Positions 29,927 through 40,083 of a stretch of DNA of 64,000 nucleotides are shown piece by piece. Source of the DNA: Candidatus Moraniibacteriota bacterium (GTDB lineage Bacteria > Patescibacteriota > Minisyncoccia > Moranbacterales > GWC2-37-73); assembly GCA_013336225.1 (NCBI GenBank), contig JAAXUC010000001.1:99949-163948 (forward strand). The letters run 5' to 3'. The notes below the pieces were generated by a model. That model saw only the letters and a program-made list of their open reading frames with translations, made no database searches and was not told the DNA's origin. The position numbers and the translations under genes are program-made. Positions within the stretch are counted from its first letter, which is position 1. Every line of letters begins with the position of its first letter.

Positions 29927-30376
29927 TCAGTTCTTATTTAAAAGAGCTGTTATTTCTGAGCACCTCAAATCCAGTAGAATGTCTGAGAGATGTTCATAGG
30001 CTTCGTTAATAAGTTTGCTTGCAATTAGGATTAATTCAATTTGTGTTTTATTTGCGAGCGTCTTTTTTATTTCCGGCCATTGCTTGATGTGAATGCAAGT
30101 GGATTCAAGTTCTGGATTTCTGACAAGTGCACAACGTTTTCTGACACAATTGCGCACGAGCAGCGCAAAGCTTTTCAAGCGTGTTGGATAGTAGAGGCGA
30201 AAATTGGGATATGACTTTTGAAGGGTCTTTTTTAAATCCCTGATTTGTTCGGTGGCCAAGCTTTCCTTGCAGAGATCAGGCAAATATGTCTCTAGGAATA
30301 GCACGATCTCTTCTAGAAAAAAAATGAGCTGATCTCTTTCAATTGTTGCTACGGACTTGGTTAGAGGTCTCTTCAT
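29927..30376 (-). CDS. Hypothetical protein (149 aa), second gene of a 2-gene cassette between uvrA and uvrC
   Basis: Intact ORF whose start overlaps the stop of the upstream ORF (ATGA); no recognisable motif. Confidence 0.4.
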   Translation of the reverse strand: MKRPLTKSVATIERDQLIFFLEEIVLFLETYLPDLCKESLATEQIRDLKKTLQKSYPNFRLYYPTRLKSFALLVRNCVRKRCALVRNPELESTCIHIKQWPEIKKTLANKTQIELILIASKLINEAYEHLSDILLDLRCSEITALLNKN

Positions 30377-30699
30377 TGCTTTTCCTCCCTCAATAAGCTA
30401 GTTTGAATTTTTATAAAGCCATTCGTTCTTAATAAATTAAAGAGTTTGTGAAAAAGTTCATAGAACGCATCTGCAGTTGAAATATATCCAGATATATCGA
30501 GACGAGCATATTTCCCAAGAATCGTTAACATTTTTGAGGCTTCTTGCGGCGGATCAATGACTGACGGATCTGAATTTTTAAGCTTTGAAATCATTTCTGA
30601 AAGTTCCCTATGATTAGATCCGCAGGCATGAGGAAGCAATAAGGCTTCTTTGACTTCATTCAGATAGTCTTGAGCTTGCTGGGTTAATGTGAAGTGCAT
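30373..30699 (-). CDS. Hypothetical protein (108 aa), first gene of the 2-gene cassette
   Basis: Intact ORF translationally coupled to the 149-aa ORF; no recognisable motif. Confidence 0.4.
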   Translation of the reverse strand: MHFTLTQQAQDYLNEVKEALLLPHACGSNHRELSEMISKLKNSDPSVIDPPQEASKMLTILGKYARLDISGYISTADAFYELFHKLFNLLRTNGFIKIQTSLLREEKQ

Positions 30700-30788
30700 A
30701 TCGCTTCCTCCTTTGCATTTTGGCGCATTCTTATGCTATGTTGTTGTTAAATAGCCATGGTTTATAATTATATTTCCAAATCCCCAGG

Positions 30789-32063
30789 ATGTCAAAAGTA
30801 GCCGAGAAAATCAAGAATTTGCCACTGGCGCCTGGCGTGTATTTTTTTTGTGATTCAAAAGGCAAAATCTTGTATATTGGCAAGGCGACAAACTTAAAAA
30901 CTCGCGTGCAGTCATATTTTCGCAGTGACATTGCGTCCTCGCGAAGTCAGTGGATTGCTCAGATGATTGCGCAAGTGGCAAGCATAGATTTTGAACAAAC
31001 AGACTCAGTTCTTGAGGCTTTGATTTTGGAGAGTAATTTGATCAAGAAACATCAGCCAAAATATAACACCTTGGAAAAGGATGATAAATCTTTTTCATAT
31101 TTCGTAATTACTAAAGAAGATTTTCCAAAATTTTTGATTCTTAGAAAAACCGATATTGATCTTGAAAAGCTAGAAGCTAAAAGTTATAAGCTAAAAGCTA
31201 TCTATGGTCCTTACATTTCCAAGCAGCAGATGCAAACTGCGCTTAAGATTATTCGCAGAATTTTTCCATTTCATAGTGGCAAACAAAAAACTGAAAAAGG
31301 TTGTTTGGATTTTCAAATCAGTCTTTGTCCTGGGCCATATGCTGGGGCAATTTCCAAGATTGATTATAAAAAAAATATTCGTGGGATCGAAATGATTTTG
31401 CAGGGCAAGAAAAAAAGTTTGGTTTCAAAATTGGAAAAAGAGATGTTGTTGCATTCAAAGAAAAACGAATTTGAAAAAGCGGCTATCTTGAGAAATAAGA
31501 TTTTTGCACTTAATCATATTCGCGATGTGGCACTGATGTCGCGAGACTTTGAAGAAAAGTCATTAGTCATCGGTCATCAGTCATTCGGCCTGCGCATTGA
31601 GGCGTATGACATCTCAAACATTTCCGGAGAGCACGCAGTTGGCTCAATGATTGTTTTTGAGAATGGTCAGGCGAATAAAAATCAATATCGAAAATTCAAA
31701 ATTAAAACCGTGGAAGGTTCAAATGATGTGGCAATGATGAAAGAAGTTTTGTCGCGGCGTTTCAATAATGATTGGGCAATGCCAGATTTAATCTTATTGG
31801 ATGGCGGGCTTGGACATTTGAACATGGCAGAGGAATTGTTGCATCAGGAATTGGGATTAGTAGTCGCAATTGTTGGTGTGGCAAAAGGACCAACAAGAAA
31901 GAAGCTTGATCTTAGACGTGATAGCAGGTTGCGAGCAGATATGAATAAACGGATGGAAAATATCTTGGAAAATGAGAATCTCATGAAATCTATCATGGAT
32001 GAAGCGCATCGTTTTGCAATTGGATACCATAGAAAATTGAGAAGTAAGAGCTTCTTGGGATAG
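30789..32063 (+). CDS. uvrC: UvrC-like excinuclease (GIY-YIG + RNase H-like endonuclease domains, lacks C-terminal HhH)
   Basis: GIY-YIG N-terminus (GVYFFCDSKGKILYIGKATNLKTRVQSYF), the UvrC endonuclease block IEAYDISNISGEHAVGSMIVFENGQ. At 424 aa it is shorter than the canonical roughly 600 aa. Contains in-frame AAGCTAAAAGCT and GTCAT repeats. Confidence 0.75.
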   Translation: MSKVAEKIKNLPLAPGVYFFCDSKGKILYIGKATNLKTRVQSYFRSDIASSRSQWIAQMIAQVASIDFEQTDSVLEALILESNLIKKHQPKYNTLEKDDKSFSYFVITKEDFPKFLILRKTDIDLEKLEAKSYKLKAIYGPYISKQQMQTALKIIRRIFPFHSGKQKTEKGCLDFQISLCPGPYAGAISKIDYKKNIRGIEMILQGKKKSLVSKLEKEMLLHSKKNEFEKAAILRNKIFALNHIRDVALMSRDFEEKSLVIGHQSFGLRIEAYDISNISGEHAVGSMIVFENGQANKNQYRKFKIKTVEGSNDVAMMKEVLSRRFNNDWAMPDLILLDGGLGHLNMAEELLHQELGLVVAIVGVAKGPTRKKLDLRRDSRLRADMNKRMENILENENLMKSIMDEAHRFAIGYHRKLRSKSFLG

Positions 32064-32379
32064 CTGAAAGACATTTGAAAACATCGCGTATTATTAGTTG
32101 CAAATCAAGACTGAGATTCGGGAAGATAATCGAAGCTCAGTTTTGTGCAATTGTTTGAATAAAAAAAGCTACATTCTTAGAAAGTGAAAAATGTTTGTTT
32201 TTCGAATATTTTTATGTAAAAAATAGGATCAGCCAATTGGTTGATGCTGTTTTTTTGTTGTGCCTGCATTAATATTGCTCAGGCTTTACTTTCCATTGTT
32301 TTCCTGCTACCATTACCCGCAGTAGAAATTCGAAACATTTTAGATTGATAACGCTAAATACATAATACTTTCCCTCAAT

Positions 32380-35172
32380 ATGGCTTCAAAAAAAATAGCA
32401 TCATCCAATAACAATGAAATCGTAATCAAGGGTGCGCGCGTGAACAATCTTAAGAATATTGATGTGAACATCCCGCGAGATAAATTCGTGGTGATCACTG
32501 GACTTTCAGGCTCAGGAAAATCTTCTTTGGCATTCGATACTATTTACGCGGAAGGCAATCGTCGCTATATGGAGGGACTTTCTTCATACGCTCGCAACTT
32601 TTTGGATCCATCAGTGAAGCCTGACGTGGACAAAATTGAAAATCTTTCGCCGCCAATTTCAATTGATCAAAAAAGTATTTCACGTTCGCCGCGCTCAACG
32701 GTGGGAACATTAACGGAAGTTTATGACTATTTGCGCATCATGTATGCAAAAGTCGGAATTTTGCATTGTCCTGAGTGTGGGACTTCCATGCAAAAAAGAA
32801 GCAATCAAGAAATCTTGGATGAAATTTTGACTTTTTCTCATCACACTCAAATTGCAATCTTGGCAAAGCCGAAAGAAGCTGCGGTTGGCAAGGAGCTTTT
32901 AAAGCACATTGCACAAATGGGATATGCCCGCGTGCGTTTCAATGGAAAAATGTTCACCGTGGCAGAAGCCATGATGCTTGAAGAAAATGAAATTGAAACT
33001 GATGTTGAGATGGTTATTGACCGAGTTATTTTGGACAAGAAAAAACCTGATACAGAAAGAATGTTGGATAGTGTGGAAACTGCCATGAAAATCGGTGGAA
33101 ATTCAATGAAAATTTTGTTCGACAATGTGGAAGAGCGCGGATATAATCAGGATTTCTTTTGCAGTGAGTGTGGAGTGAAAATAAAAGAGGTGACGCCAAG
33201 ACACTTTTCTTTTAATAGTCCTGAAGGAGCATGTGATACTTGCGCTGGTTTGGGTTACACCTTGAAAGTAAATGAGGAATTGATCATCCCTAATAAAAAT
33301 CTCTCTTTAATGGAGGGTGCCATTCAACCCTGGAGCAAATCTGGCGGAAAAATAAACGGGCAAAGTGCCGCGCTTTTGACTTTGAAAAATGTGGCCAAGA
33401 AATATAAATTTTCCATGAATGTACCAGTAAAGAAATTCACTGCGGTGCAACTGGGAATTGTTTTGTATGGCAATGAGGGATTTGAAGGTGTGATTCCTGC
33501 TCTTGAGAAAAAATATCAAGAAACGAAATCTGATTATGTGCGCAGTGAAATTGAAAAATATATGACCGCGCATACTTGTCCGACTTGCGATGGCAAGCGT
33601 CTCAAAAAAGAATTCTTGGCAGTAGAAGTTCAGGGAAAAACAATTGACATGATGGTTTCAATGAGCGTCACGCATTTGCGAGAACTGTTTGAAGATGCTG
33701 AAAATTGGACACAAACTCAGCAAGAAAAAAGCATTGCCAAATCAATTGTGCGAGAAATTTTGCAACGCTTGGGTGCACTGGAAAATGTTGGTTTGGAATA
33801 TTTGAATTTGGGTCGCTCTGCTCAGACAATTTCTGGAGGAGAAGCGCAGCGCATTCGCTTGGCTGCACAACTCAATTCTCAATTGATGGGAATTGTCTAT
33901 GTTTTGGATGAGCCATCAATCGGGCTTCATAGTAGAGATACGGAAAAACTTATCAACACGATTAAGGCCCTGCAGGGCGTTGGAAATTCACTAATTGTGG
34001 TTGAGCATGATGAAAGCATCATCAGAGCTGCTGATTGGATTGTGGATATGGGTCCTGGTGCTGGAGAAGAAGGTGGAATTGTGGTTTTTGAAGGTGACTA
34101 CAAAAAATTAATGAAGTCTAAAAATCTTACCGCTCAGTATATTTCAAAAAAGAAAAAAGTTTCTGACAAGAAAAAAAATCGCACTGGCAGTGGAAAATTT
34201 ATTGAAATTATTGGAGCTGAAGAAAACAACTTGAAAAAAATCGACGTTTCAATTCCATTGGATAAATTTGTGGTTATTTGTGGTGTTTCAGGCAGTGGGA
34301 AATCAACATTAGTAAAGAATATTTTAGCTAAAGCACTATCTCGGCATTTTTATAATACCAAGGATTTGCCAGGCAAGCACACTAAAATCAAAGGATTTGA
34401 ACATGTTAAAAAAGTCATCAGCATCAATCAAAATCCAATCGGACGCACGCCGCGCTCAAATGCTGCAACATATACTGGAGTGTTTTCTCATATTCGCGAC
34501 TTGTTTGCCGGAGTGGAAGAAGCTAAGAATAGGAACTATACTGCCAGCCGCTTCAGTTTCAATATGAAAGGCGGACGCTGCGAAGTTTGTCAGGGAGAAG
34601 GATCAAAAAAAATTGAAATGCATTTGTTGCCTGACATGTATGTGAAATGCGAAGCTTGTGACGGAACCAGGTTTGGCAAGAAAACTTTAGAGATTGAATA
34701 TAAAGGATTTAATGTGGCACAGATTCTGGATATGGATGTGCGTTTGGCACTACGCTTTTTTGCTCGTCACCCACTCATTGCTGAAAAACTTAAGACCATG
34801 GAGGATGTGGGCTTGGGTTATCTCAAGCTTGGACAAAGTGCAACTAATCTTTCTGGTGGAGAGGCGCAGCGCATCAAACTGGCCACCGAGCTTGCACGCA
34901 AATCAACTGGAAACACTTTATATATTCTGGATGAACCAACGGCGGGGCTGCACTTTGATGATATCCGAAAATTGCTTTTAGTTTTAAATGCATTGGTTGA
35001 CAAGGGAAACACGGTGATTGTGGTTGAACACAATCTGGATGTGATTCGCGACGCTGATCATGTCATTGAGCTTGGGCCAGATGGCGGTGAGCTTGGAGGA
35101 CATCTGACTTTCGCTGGCACACCAGACCAATTGAAGAAGGATAAGAAGAGTTGGACGGCAAAATACCTCTAA
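32380..35172 (+). CDS. Second full-length UvrA paralog
   Basis: 930 aa with the same domain order as uvrA at 26948 (GLSGSGKSS, two LSGGE signatures, Zn-finger cysteines), but clearly diverged sequence. Confidence 0.9.
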   Translation: MASKKIASSNNNEIVIKGARVNNLKNIDVNIPRDKFVVITGLSGSGKSSLAFDTIYAEGNRRYMEGLSSYARNFLDPSVKPDVDKIENLSPPISIDQKSISRSPRSTVGTLTEVYDYLRIMYAKVGILHCPECGTSMQKRSNQEILDEILTFSHHTQIAILAKPKEAAVGKELLKHIAQMGYARVRFNGKMFTVAEAMMLEENEIETDVEMVIDRVILDKKKPDTERMLDSVETAMKIGGNSMKILFDNVEERGYNQDFFCSECGVKIKEVTPRHFSFNSPEGACDTCAGLGYTLKVNEELIIPNKNLSLMEGAIQPWSKSGGKINGQSAALLTLKNVAKKYKFSMNVPVKKFTAVQLGIVLYGNEGFEGVIPALEKKYQETKSDYVRSEIEKYMTAHTCPTCDGKRLKKEFLAVEVQGKTIDMMVSMSVTHLRELFEDAENWTQTQQEKSIAKSIVREILQRLGALENVGLEYLNLGRSAQTISGGEAQRIRLAAQLNSQLMGIVYVLDEPSIGLHSRDTEKLINTIKALQGVGNSLIVVEHDESIIRAADWIVDMGPGAGEEGGIVVFEGDYKKLMKSKNLTAQYISKKKKVSDKKKNRTGSGKFIEIIGAEENNLKKIDVSIPLDKFVVICGVSGSGKSTLVKNILAKALSRHFYNTKDLPGKHTKIKGFEHVKKVISINQNPIGRTPRSNAATYTGVFSHIRDLFAGVEEAKNRNYTASRFSFNMKGGRCEVCQGEGSKKIEMHLLPDMYVKCEACDGTRFGKKTLEIEYKGFNVAQILDMDVRLALRFFARHPLIAEKLKTMEDVGLGYLKLGQSATNLSGGEAQRIKLATELARKSTGNTLYILDEPTAGLHFDDIRKLLLVLNALVDKGNTVIVVEHNLDVIRDADHVIELGPDGGELGGHLTFAGTPDQLKKDKKSWTAKYL

Positions 35173-35174
35173 AG

Positions 35175-35300
35175 AGAAATTTTGAATTATGAATTTCGAA
35201 TTTCGAATAAAATCTGAATGATTGAACGTTTAAATCATTAAAAATTGAGAAATTAGAAATTGGTTCAAAATTAAAAATTGGAAATTCAAAATTAAAGAAA
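35175..35300. repeat. AT-rich GAAATT/GAATTT low-complexity repeat block (family also at 3230-3353 and, in-frame, in recG 60420-60560)
   Basis: gaatttcgaatttcgaataaaatctgaat...aaattggaaattcaaaattaaag shares aaaatctgaat and cgaaatt units with the 3230-3353 block. Confidence 0.5.
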
Positions 35301-35753
35301 AAGAAGCATGATGGCTATTGCGGAAAATAATATGTCATTGGCTGCATTTCGCATTGTCCAGGCTCTCTCTGGTGACCCATCAGCAAAGCGACCATGCACG
35401 AATTGATGAAATTGATAGATTTTTTTGAGGAATTTGAAATTAAGCTTCCAATAGAGTACTGTTAATAGGTCAGGAAACATGGAAATGATGGTGCCAGTGA
35501 TCATGGAGATTGAAATTGCTGGAGATATATTTTTGGCATAAATGGCAAGAAGGATTATTGCTCCGCCAATAAAAAGATCCAGGGTTACTTTCCAGGTCGT
35601 ATCTTTGAATGTTGATTGCTTGTTTAAATATTCTCCATGGCGAAAAATGTCCAAAGTATAGTGCAGGGGAATTAAGATGAGAATTTGCATGGCGGGATTG
35701 GACACGTATTTTCCAAGAGCGGCTCCGACGAGAGCGTGAGTGGTAAGAATCAT
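35292..35753 (-). CDS. Putative membrane-bound metal-dependent hydrolase (DUF457/YdjM-like)
   Basis: 153 aa, 4 TM segments, N-terminal MILTTHALVGAAL...H..D pattern resembling YdjM-family proteins; assignment tentative. Confidence 0.35.
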   Translation of the reverse strand: MILTTHALVGAALGKYVSNPAMQILILIPLHYTLDIFRHGEYLNKQSTFKDTTWKVTLDLFIGGAIILLAIYAKNISPAISISMITGTIISMFPDLLTVLYWKLNFKFLKKIYQFHQFVHGRFADGSPERAWTMRNAANDILFSAIAIMLLFL

Positions 35754-35770
35754 ATTGTAAAAATTATTTA

Positions 35771-35838
35771 TTTCTTATTAACGCATTAAAGGATTAACGC
35801 ATTTAAATTCGTTAATTCGTTAATTCGCTAATCCATTA
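35771..35838 (+). repeat. (T)TAAT pentamer array at 8-nt periodicity in the divergent region between the YdjM-like gene and rsmI
   Basis: cATTAAagg ATTAAcgc ATTtAAattcg TTAATtcg TTAATtcgc TAATcca TTAATaATG. Confidence 0.45.
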
Positions 35839-35841
35839 ATA

Positions 35842-36513
35842 ATGAATTCCGGAATTCTATACATAGTTGCCACGCCGATTGGAAATCTTGAAGACATCAC
35901 GCTTCGGGCTCTTCGAATTTTGAAGGAGGTTGATTTGGTGGCTTGCGAGGATACTCGCGTCACCAGAAAACTTCTGAATCATTATAACATAGAAACCAAG
36001 GCAATTGTCTATCATCAGCATACCAAAGACGATAAGATTCAGAAAATCATTGATGAAATTTTGGCTGGCAAAAATGTGGCAGTAGTCACTGATGCTGGCA
36101 CTCCTGGTGTTTCTGACCCGGGGAATATTTTGGTGGCTGAGGCAATCGTAAATAATATTATTGTGCTGCCAATTCCTGGCGCTTCTGCCTTGGCATCAAT
36201 TGTTAGTGTGGCTGGCATTGATATGCAGCAGTTCACATTTTTAGGTTTTCCTCCCCACAAAAAAGGACGAGAAACATATTTCAAAAAAGTGAGTGCCTGC
36301 GAAATTCCGGTGATCTATTATGAATCTCCACATCGCGTGATTAAGAATCTAGAAATGCTGGCAAATTTTTCAACTGGCAAGAAGATCATTCTTGGTCGCG
36401 AGCTGACCAAGATGTTTGAAGAGGTGGTGCGCGGCGACATTTCCGAGGTGTTGGAATATTTTGTCAAAAATCCTTCGAAAGTGAAGGGGGAGTTTGTGAT
36501 CGTGGCGTGTTGA
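35842..36513 (+). CDS. rsmI: 16S rRNA (cytidine1402-2'-O)-methyltransferase RsmI
   Basis: Tetrapyrrole-methylase fold with LYIVATPIGNLEDITLRALRIL...LVACEDTR...VTDAGTPGVSDPG. Confidence 0.8.
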   Translation: MNSGILYIVATPIGNLEDITLRALRILKEVDLVACEDTRVTRKLLNHYNIETKAIVYHQHTKDDKIQKIIDEILAGKNVAVVTDAGTPGVSDPGNILVAEAIVNNIIVLPIPGASALASIVSVAGIDMQQFTFLGFPPHKKGRETYFKKVSACEIPVIYYESPHRVIKNLEMLANFSTGKKIILGRELTKMFEEVVRGDISEVLEYFVKNPSKVKGEFVIVAC

Positions 36514-36610
36514 TATGATGTGAACGAAAAAAAGAATTTCATGAAATTCTTTTTTTTGCTATTTGTGATATAATAATTAATATGAGTTGCTAATCTATTT
36601 TAAAATAAAT

Positions 36611-36982
36611 ATGGAACAAAAAAACAAAAAAATGTTGCTGCTCGTGGTTGTGCTGGTGATTTTATTGATCTCGGTGTTTGTCATTGCATTTATGATAATG
36701 AATGACAGAAAAAATCCAAAACAAGTTGAACAGACACAAAAACAAGAACAAGTCGTGGTTCAAACAGCTGATGAAAAAATGAAAAGTGATCTTGCCGAGC
36801 TTGAAAAACTTCGCAAGCAGCAAGAATCAACTCAATCCCAAACAGATGCTGACAAGGTTGTTGAAGATCAATTGAAACAATTGGAAGATCTTCGCAAGCA
36901 AGCAGCTCCTGTGCCAGTTGAAATCAATCAACCACAAGTTCAAGATCAGCTTAAACAATTGGAGGCATTGCGAGCTAAATAA
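36611..36982 (+). CDS. Hypothetical membrane-anchored coiled-coil protein with DQLKQLEDLRKQ repeats
   Basis: ATG at 36611 (tracked ORF starts at an upstream in-frame TTG); TM helix then three QLKQLExLR repeats. Confidence 0.4.
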   Translation: MEQKNKKMLLLVVVLVILLISVFVIAFMIMNDRKNPKQVEQTQKQEQVVVQTADEKMKSDLAELEKLRKQQESTQSQTDADKVVEDQLKQLEDLRKQAAPVPVEINQPQVQDQLKQLEALRAK

Positions 36983-37007
36983 TATTTTTTAATAAAAATA
37001 AAAAACA

Positions 37008-37754
37008 ATGAAATCAACAAAAGTTTCCGCTCAAGGCGGATCCGCCTTGAGCGGAAAAGAAAAAATAAAAAAAATCACATATTGGGCGGGTGTTTCCGCA
37101 ATTGGAATTGTGGTGGGCTTTTCACTGCAATTCACCAAGGCCTGGACTGAACCAACTGCTCCTGCACCAGGTGGAAATGTGGGCGCACCGATAACCACAG
37201 GCCTTCTTGATCAAGTTAAGAATGGCGGCTTGGCAGTTTCCAATGGAATCGTGACTTCATTTTTAGGTGTGAATGGAAACGTCACATTTTCTGGGGTTGG
37301 AAATGGGATGGTGTTTCCAGATGGAACAAAGCAGACAACTGCTGCAGCAGCACAAGCTGGTGACAATTTGGGGAATCACACTGCAACTGCACCTCTTAAT
37401 ATGAACGGAAAATCAATCAATGGTGTTGATGTTGTTAGTGCTACAACTTTGAATGCAACTCAAATGACAATTAATTACAACGGTAAAATTTTGGCTTCAC
37501 AATTAGTCAATATTAATGGGAGTGAGGATGTTTATAGCACATCGGTGGAAATGAGCTGGGCACTTGGCAATACCACTTCTGATACTTGTAATGGAGATTT
37601 TACTACTAATTACGGATGTGCACTTTCTGATAATAAGACATGTATTGACACAAGCACAACGTATGTTCTTGTGAAAGGAGAGCCTTCTCCTAGATATTGG
37701 AGAAGAAACATTACTTGTAAGGTTGCAACGGCTCTTAATTTTGTTCAGCAATAA
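37008..37754 (+). CDS. Secreted/surface protein, paralog family A (conserved N-terminal anchor and C-terminal Cys-rich module, variable middle)
   Basis: Shares WAGVSAIGIVVGFSLQFTKAWTEPT...GNVGAPI...VSNGIVTS...FPDGTKQTTAA and the C-terminal TCNGD...C...TC pattern with the 40084 gene. Confidence 0.5.
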   Translation: MKSTKVSAQGGSALSGKEKIKKITYWAGVSAIGIVVGFSLQFTKAWTEPTAPAPGGNVGAPITTGLLDQVKNGGLAVSNGIVTSFLGVNGNVTFSGVGNGMVFPDGTKQTTAAAAQAGDNLGNHTATAPLNMNGKSINGVDVVSATTLNATQMTINYNGKILASQLVNINGSEDVYSTSVEMSWALGNTTSDTCNGDFTTNYGCALSDNKTCIDTSTTYVLVKGEPSPRYWRRNITCKVATALNFVQQ

Positions 37755-37767
37755 ATTTTAAATAGAT

Positions 37768-38268
37768 ATGAAAAAAATAAACTTAGTTATCATCGCTGCA
37801 ATTGTTTCAATCGTTTTTTTGATTCTGGTGTTTTTACTTGGAATGAAATATGGTACTCAGCAAATGCAGGGTCAGTTGGCAGTTATTTCAGGACAACAAC
37901 AATTGTGTTCTCAGGATAGGAGTGCGCAAAATGAGCCTGTCAACAATAGCATGGTGAGACTGTCTGTTGTTGGTGTTTCAAATGGTTATATTGAGGCTGA
38001 TGTTATTGTGAACAAGAATCCTGATCCCAGCAAGGCTGTGAAGTTGCGAATGAAAAATTCTGAGAATGATAGTGTTGAAAAAGTTTTTCTGGCTGAGGAG
38101 AACACTCCAGGAAATGAAGAACAGGGCGTTATAAACACGACCATGCGAAAAGTTTCATTTGGCGACATCGTTGCTGGCGATCTCATCTACATACCAAGAG
38201 TTGAATATAAAGTTGGAGTCTCAGAATTGATGGTCTCGAACATAATCATAGATAATATTTTCAAATGA
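37768..38268 (+). CDS. Hypothetical membrane-anchored protein
   Basis: 166 aa, single N-terminal TM helix. Confidence 0.4.
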   Translation: MKKINLVIIAAIVSIVFLILVFLLGMKYGTQQMQGQLAVISGQQQLCSQDRSAQNEPVNNSMVRLSVVGVSNGYIEADVIVNKNPDPSKAVKLRMKNSENDSVEKVFLAEENTPGNEEQGVINTTMRKVSFGDIVAGDLIYIPRVEYKVGVSELMVSNIIIDNIFK

Positions 38269-40001
38269 AAATATCGGAATTATCCATGATAAAGCGTTTT
38301 TCAAAACTGCACATAATATATTTCATTTCCTTTCTGACTGCTTTTTGCAGTTTGGTTTATGAATTGCAATATTCACAACTCCTTTCCGTGCTGTATGGAA
38401 ATTCCGTGCTCAGATATTCATTGACCATCGGAATATATCTTTTTTCTTTGGGGCTAGGTTCACTTTCTTTCCGTCTTTTTGCAGGGATTGAAAATGCAAA
38501 AACACTTTGGATTTCGCAAATGGCGCTTGCCATCATTGGCCCGATTGGAATTGTGGGAATTGTTTGGTTTGACGGCTTGTTGTTTGAGCTTTTTCAATTG
38601 AAAGCTCAAAGTTTTGCTCTTTTTGTGGCGCATGTCCCGATTGTTCTGACCGGCGTGCTGGCTGGAATTCAAATCCCACTGCTTTCTGTCATTGGAAATT
38701 CCATCAAAAAGCGAACTGACATGTTCGTGGAGGTTCTGGGTGTGGATTATTTTGGAAGCTTGGTTGGCGCAGTTTTATATGGACTATTTTTATATCCAAG
38801 AGTTGGGCTTATTAAGACTGCATTCTTGATTGGATTGATAAATGTTCTCCTGGCATTGTCTTGCGTTGTTTTTTTGAAAAATAGAAAAATATTTTACTTC
38901 GTGATAGTCTCATTGCTTGTTATTTTTTCGGTTTTGAATTTTAAAGGTGCTGAAATTGAAAAATCCATCATGCGTCTGTATTTAACTGTTTCAATTGAGA
39001 AGGAGTTTGCGATTAAAAACGAGCATTTATTGACAATGATGAAACAAGATGGAGTGGTAAATGCGTCGCTAAATATTCCAAGGGAAAAAATAGAGGTGGA
39101 TACGCATTTCAACACTTCATATCAAGAGGTCACTAAATATTTCATAGACAGGGGTGATGGAAGCAGTGATGAATGCTTGAAGCTTTCAAATCACACCAAT
39201 ATGTGCGACAGTTGGGCAAACATATATCACGAGGCACTGGTGAATGTTCCAGTGTCTTTTTTGAAAAGACAGGATGAGCCGTATGAAGTTCTGCTGTTAG
39301 GTGGCGGGAGTCTTTTGCCGGTAAGGAACTTGCTCAATTACAATGTCAATATTGACCAAGTTGATATTGATTCACAATTTGTTGATTATGCTAAAACTGA
39401 CCCATATTTTTCAAAATACCATCAAAATGCCTATTTGGATGCGCGTTGGCATATTTTTTATGAAGATGCGTACACATTTTTGAAACATAATCAAAAGAAG
39501 TATGATTTAGTGGTGATGACGCTGCCTGGCTTTGGAAGTGACAAATTGATTCACTTGGGATCTGTTGAATTCTTTGATTTTTTGAGCAGATCAATGACAG
39601 ATGATGGTCTGATGGTCACTTGGGAATATGGAAAAATTAATAAGGATGATTATCCGCAATATCAAAATTCCGAAGTTAATGACAAGCATTTGAAAGTTCT
39701 CTTTAAGGACATGCTGGAGGGTGGACTGAAATCATATACGATGTTCTATGCTTTTGGAAAACCAATGCAAATAGGCGGGTTGAAGATTGATGATGGTGCA
39801 GTTTCTCCATATGACACTTTTTATTTGTTTAGCAAGAGGTATGAAAATGTTCAGCCCGACTTTGATGCAAGTCAGTATATGCAAAAAAACAAAAAATATT
39901 ATGAAAACATGCAGTGGCACAGCTTGGAAGATCTTGATTTGTCTGAAGTGAGAGCCAGTCATATTTTTGCTCCAAATTATGATATTATGACCGCATTTTA
40001 A
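38265..40001 (+). CDS. Polytopic membrane domain fused to a spermidine-synthase-like (aminopropyltransferase fold) domain
   Basis: About 7 N-terminal TM helices; C-terminal VLLLGGGSLLPVRNLL...VDIDSQFVDYA...YDLVVMTLPGFGSDKL matches the SpeE/PABS fold. Confidence 0.55.
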   Translation: MKISELSMIKRFSKLHIIYFISFLTAFCSLVYELQYSQLLSVLYGNSVLRYSLTIGIYLFSLGLGSLSFRLFAGIENAKTLWISQMALAIIGPIGIVGIVWFDGLLFELFQLKAQSFALFVAHVPIVLTGVLAGIQIPLLSVIGNSIKKRTDMFVEVLGVDYFGSLVGAVLYGLFLYPRVGLIKTAFLIGLINVLLALSCVVFLKNRKIFYFVIVSLLVIFSVLNFKGAEIEKSIMRLYLTVSIEKEFAIKNEHLLTMMKQDGVVNASLNIPREKIEVDTHFNTSYQEVTKYFIDRGDGSSDECLKLSNHTNMCDSWANIYHEALVNVPVSFLKRQDEPYEVLLLGGGSLLPVRNLLNYNVNIDQVDIDSQFVDYAKTDPYFSKYHQNAYLDARWHIFYEDAYTFLKHNQKKYDLVVMTLPGFGSDKLIHLGSVEFFDFLSRSMTDDGLMVTWEYGKINKDDYPQYQNSEVNDKHLKVLFKDMLEGGLKSYTMFYAFGKPMQIGGLKIDDGAVSPYDTFYLFSKRYENVQPDFDASQYMQKNKKYYENMQWHSLEDLDLSEVRASHIFAPNYDIMTAF

Positions 40002-40083
40002 TTTTTTGTACAACTATGAAAAATGTTGTAAAATATTAGTAAGAATATTTCTCAGTTAAAAACTTGGTAATAAATAATAAATA

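Noticed and set aside
29927-30699. Assigning the 108/149-aa cassette as a HEPN/MNT or other named toxin-antitoxin pair
   Set aside because: The nucleotidyltransferase GSx(10)SDxD and HEPN Rx(4-6)H motifs are not convincingly present. It is reported as unknown.
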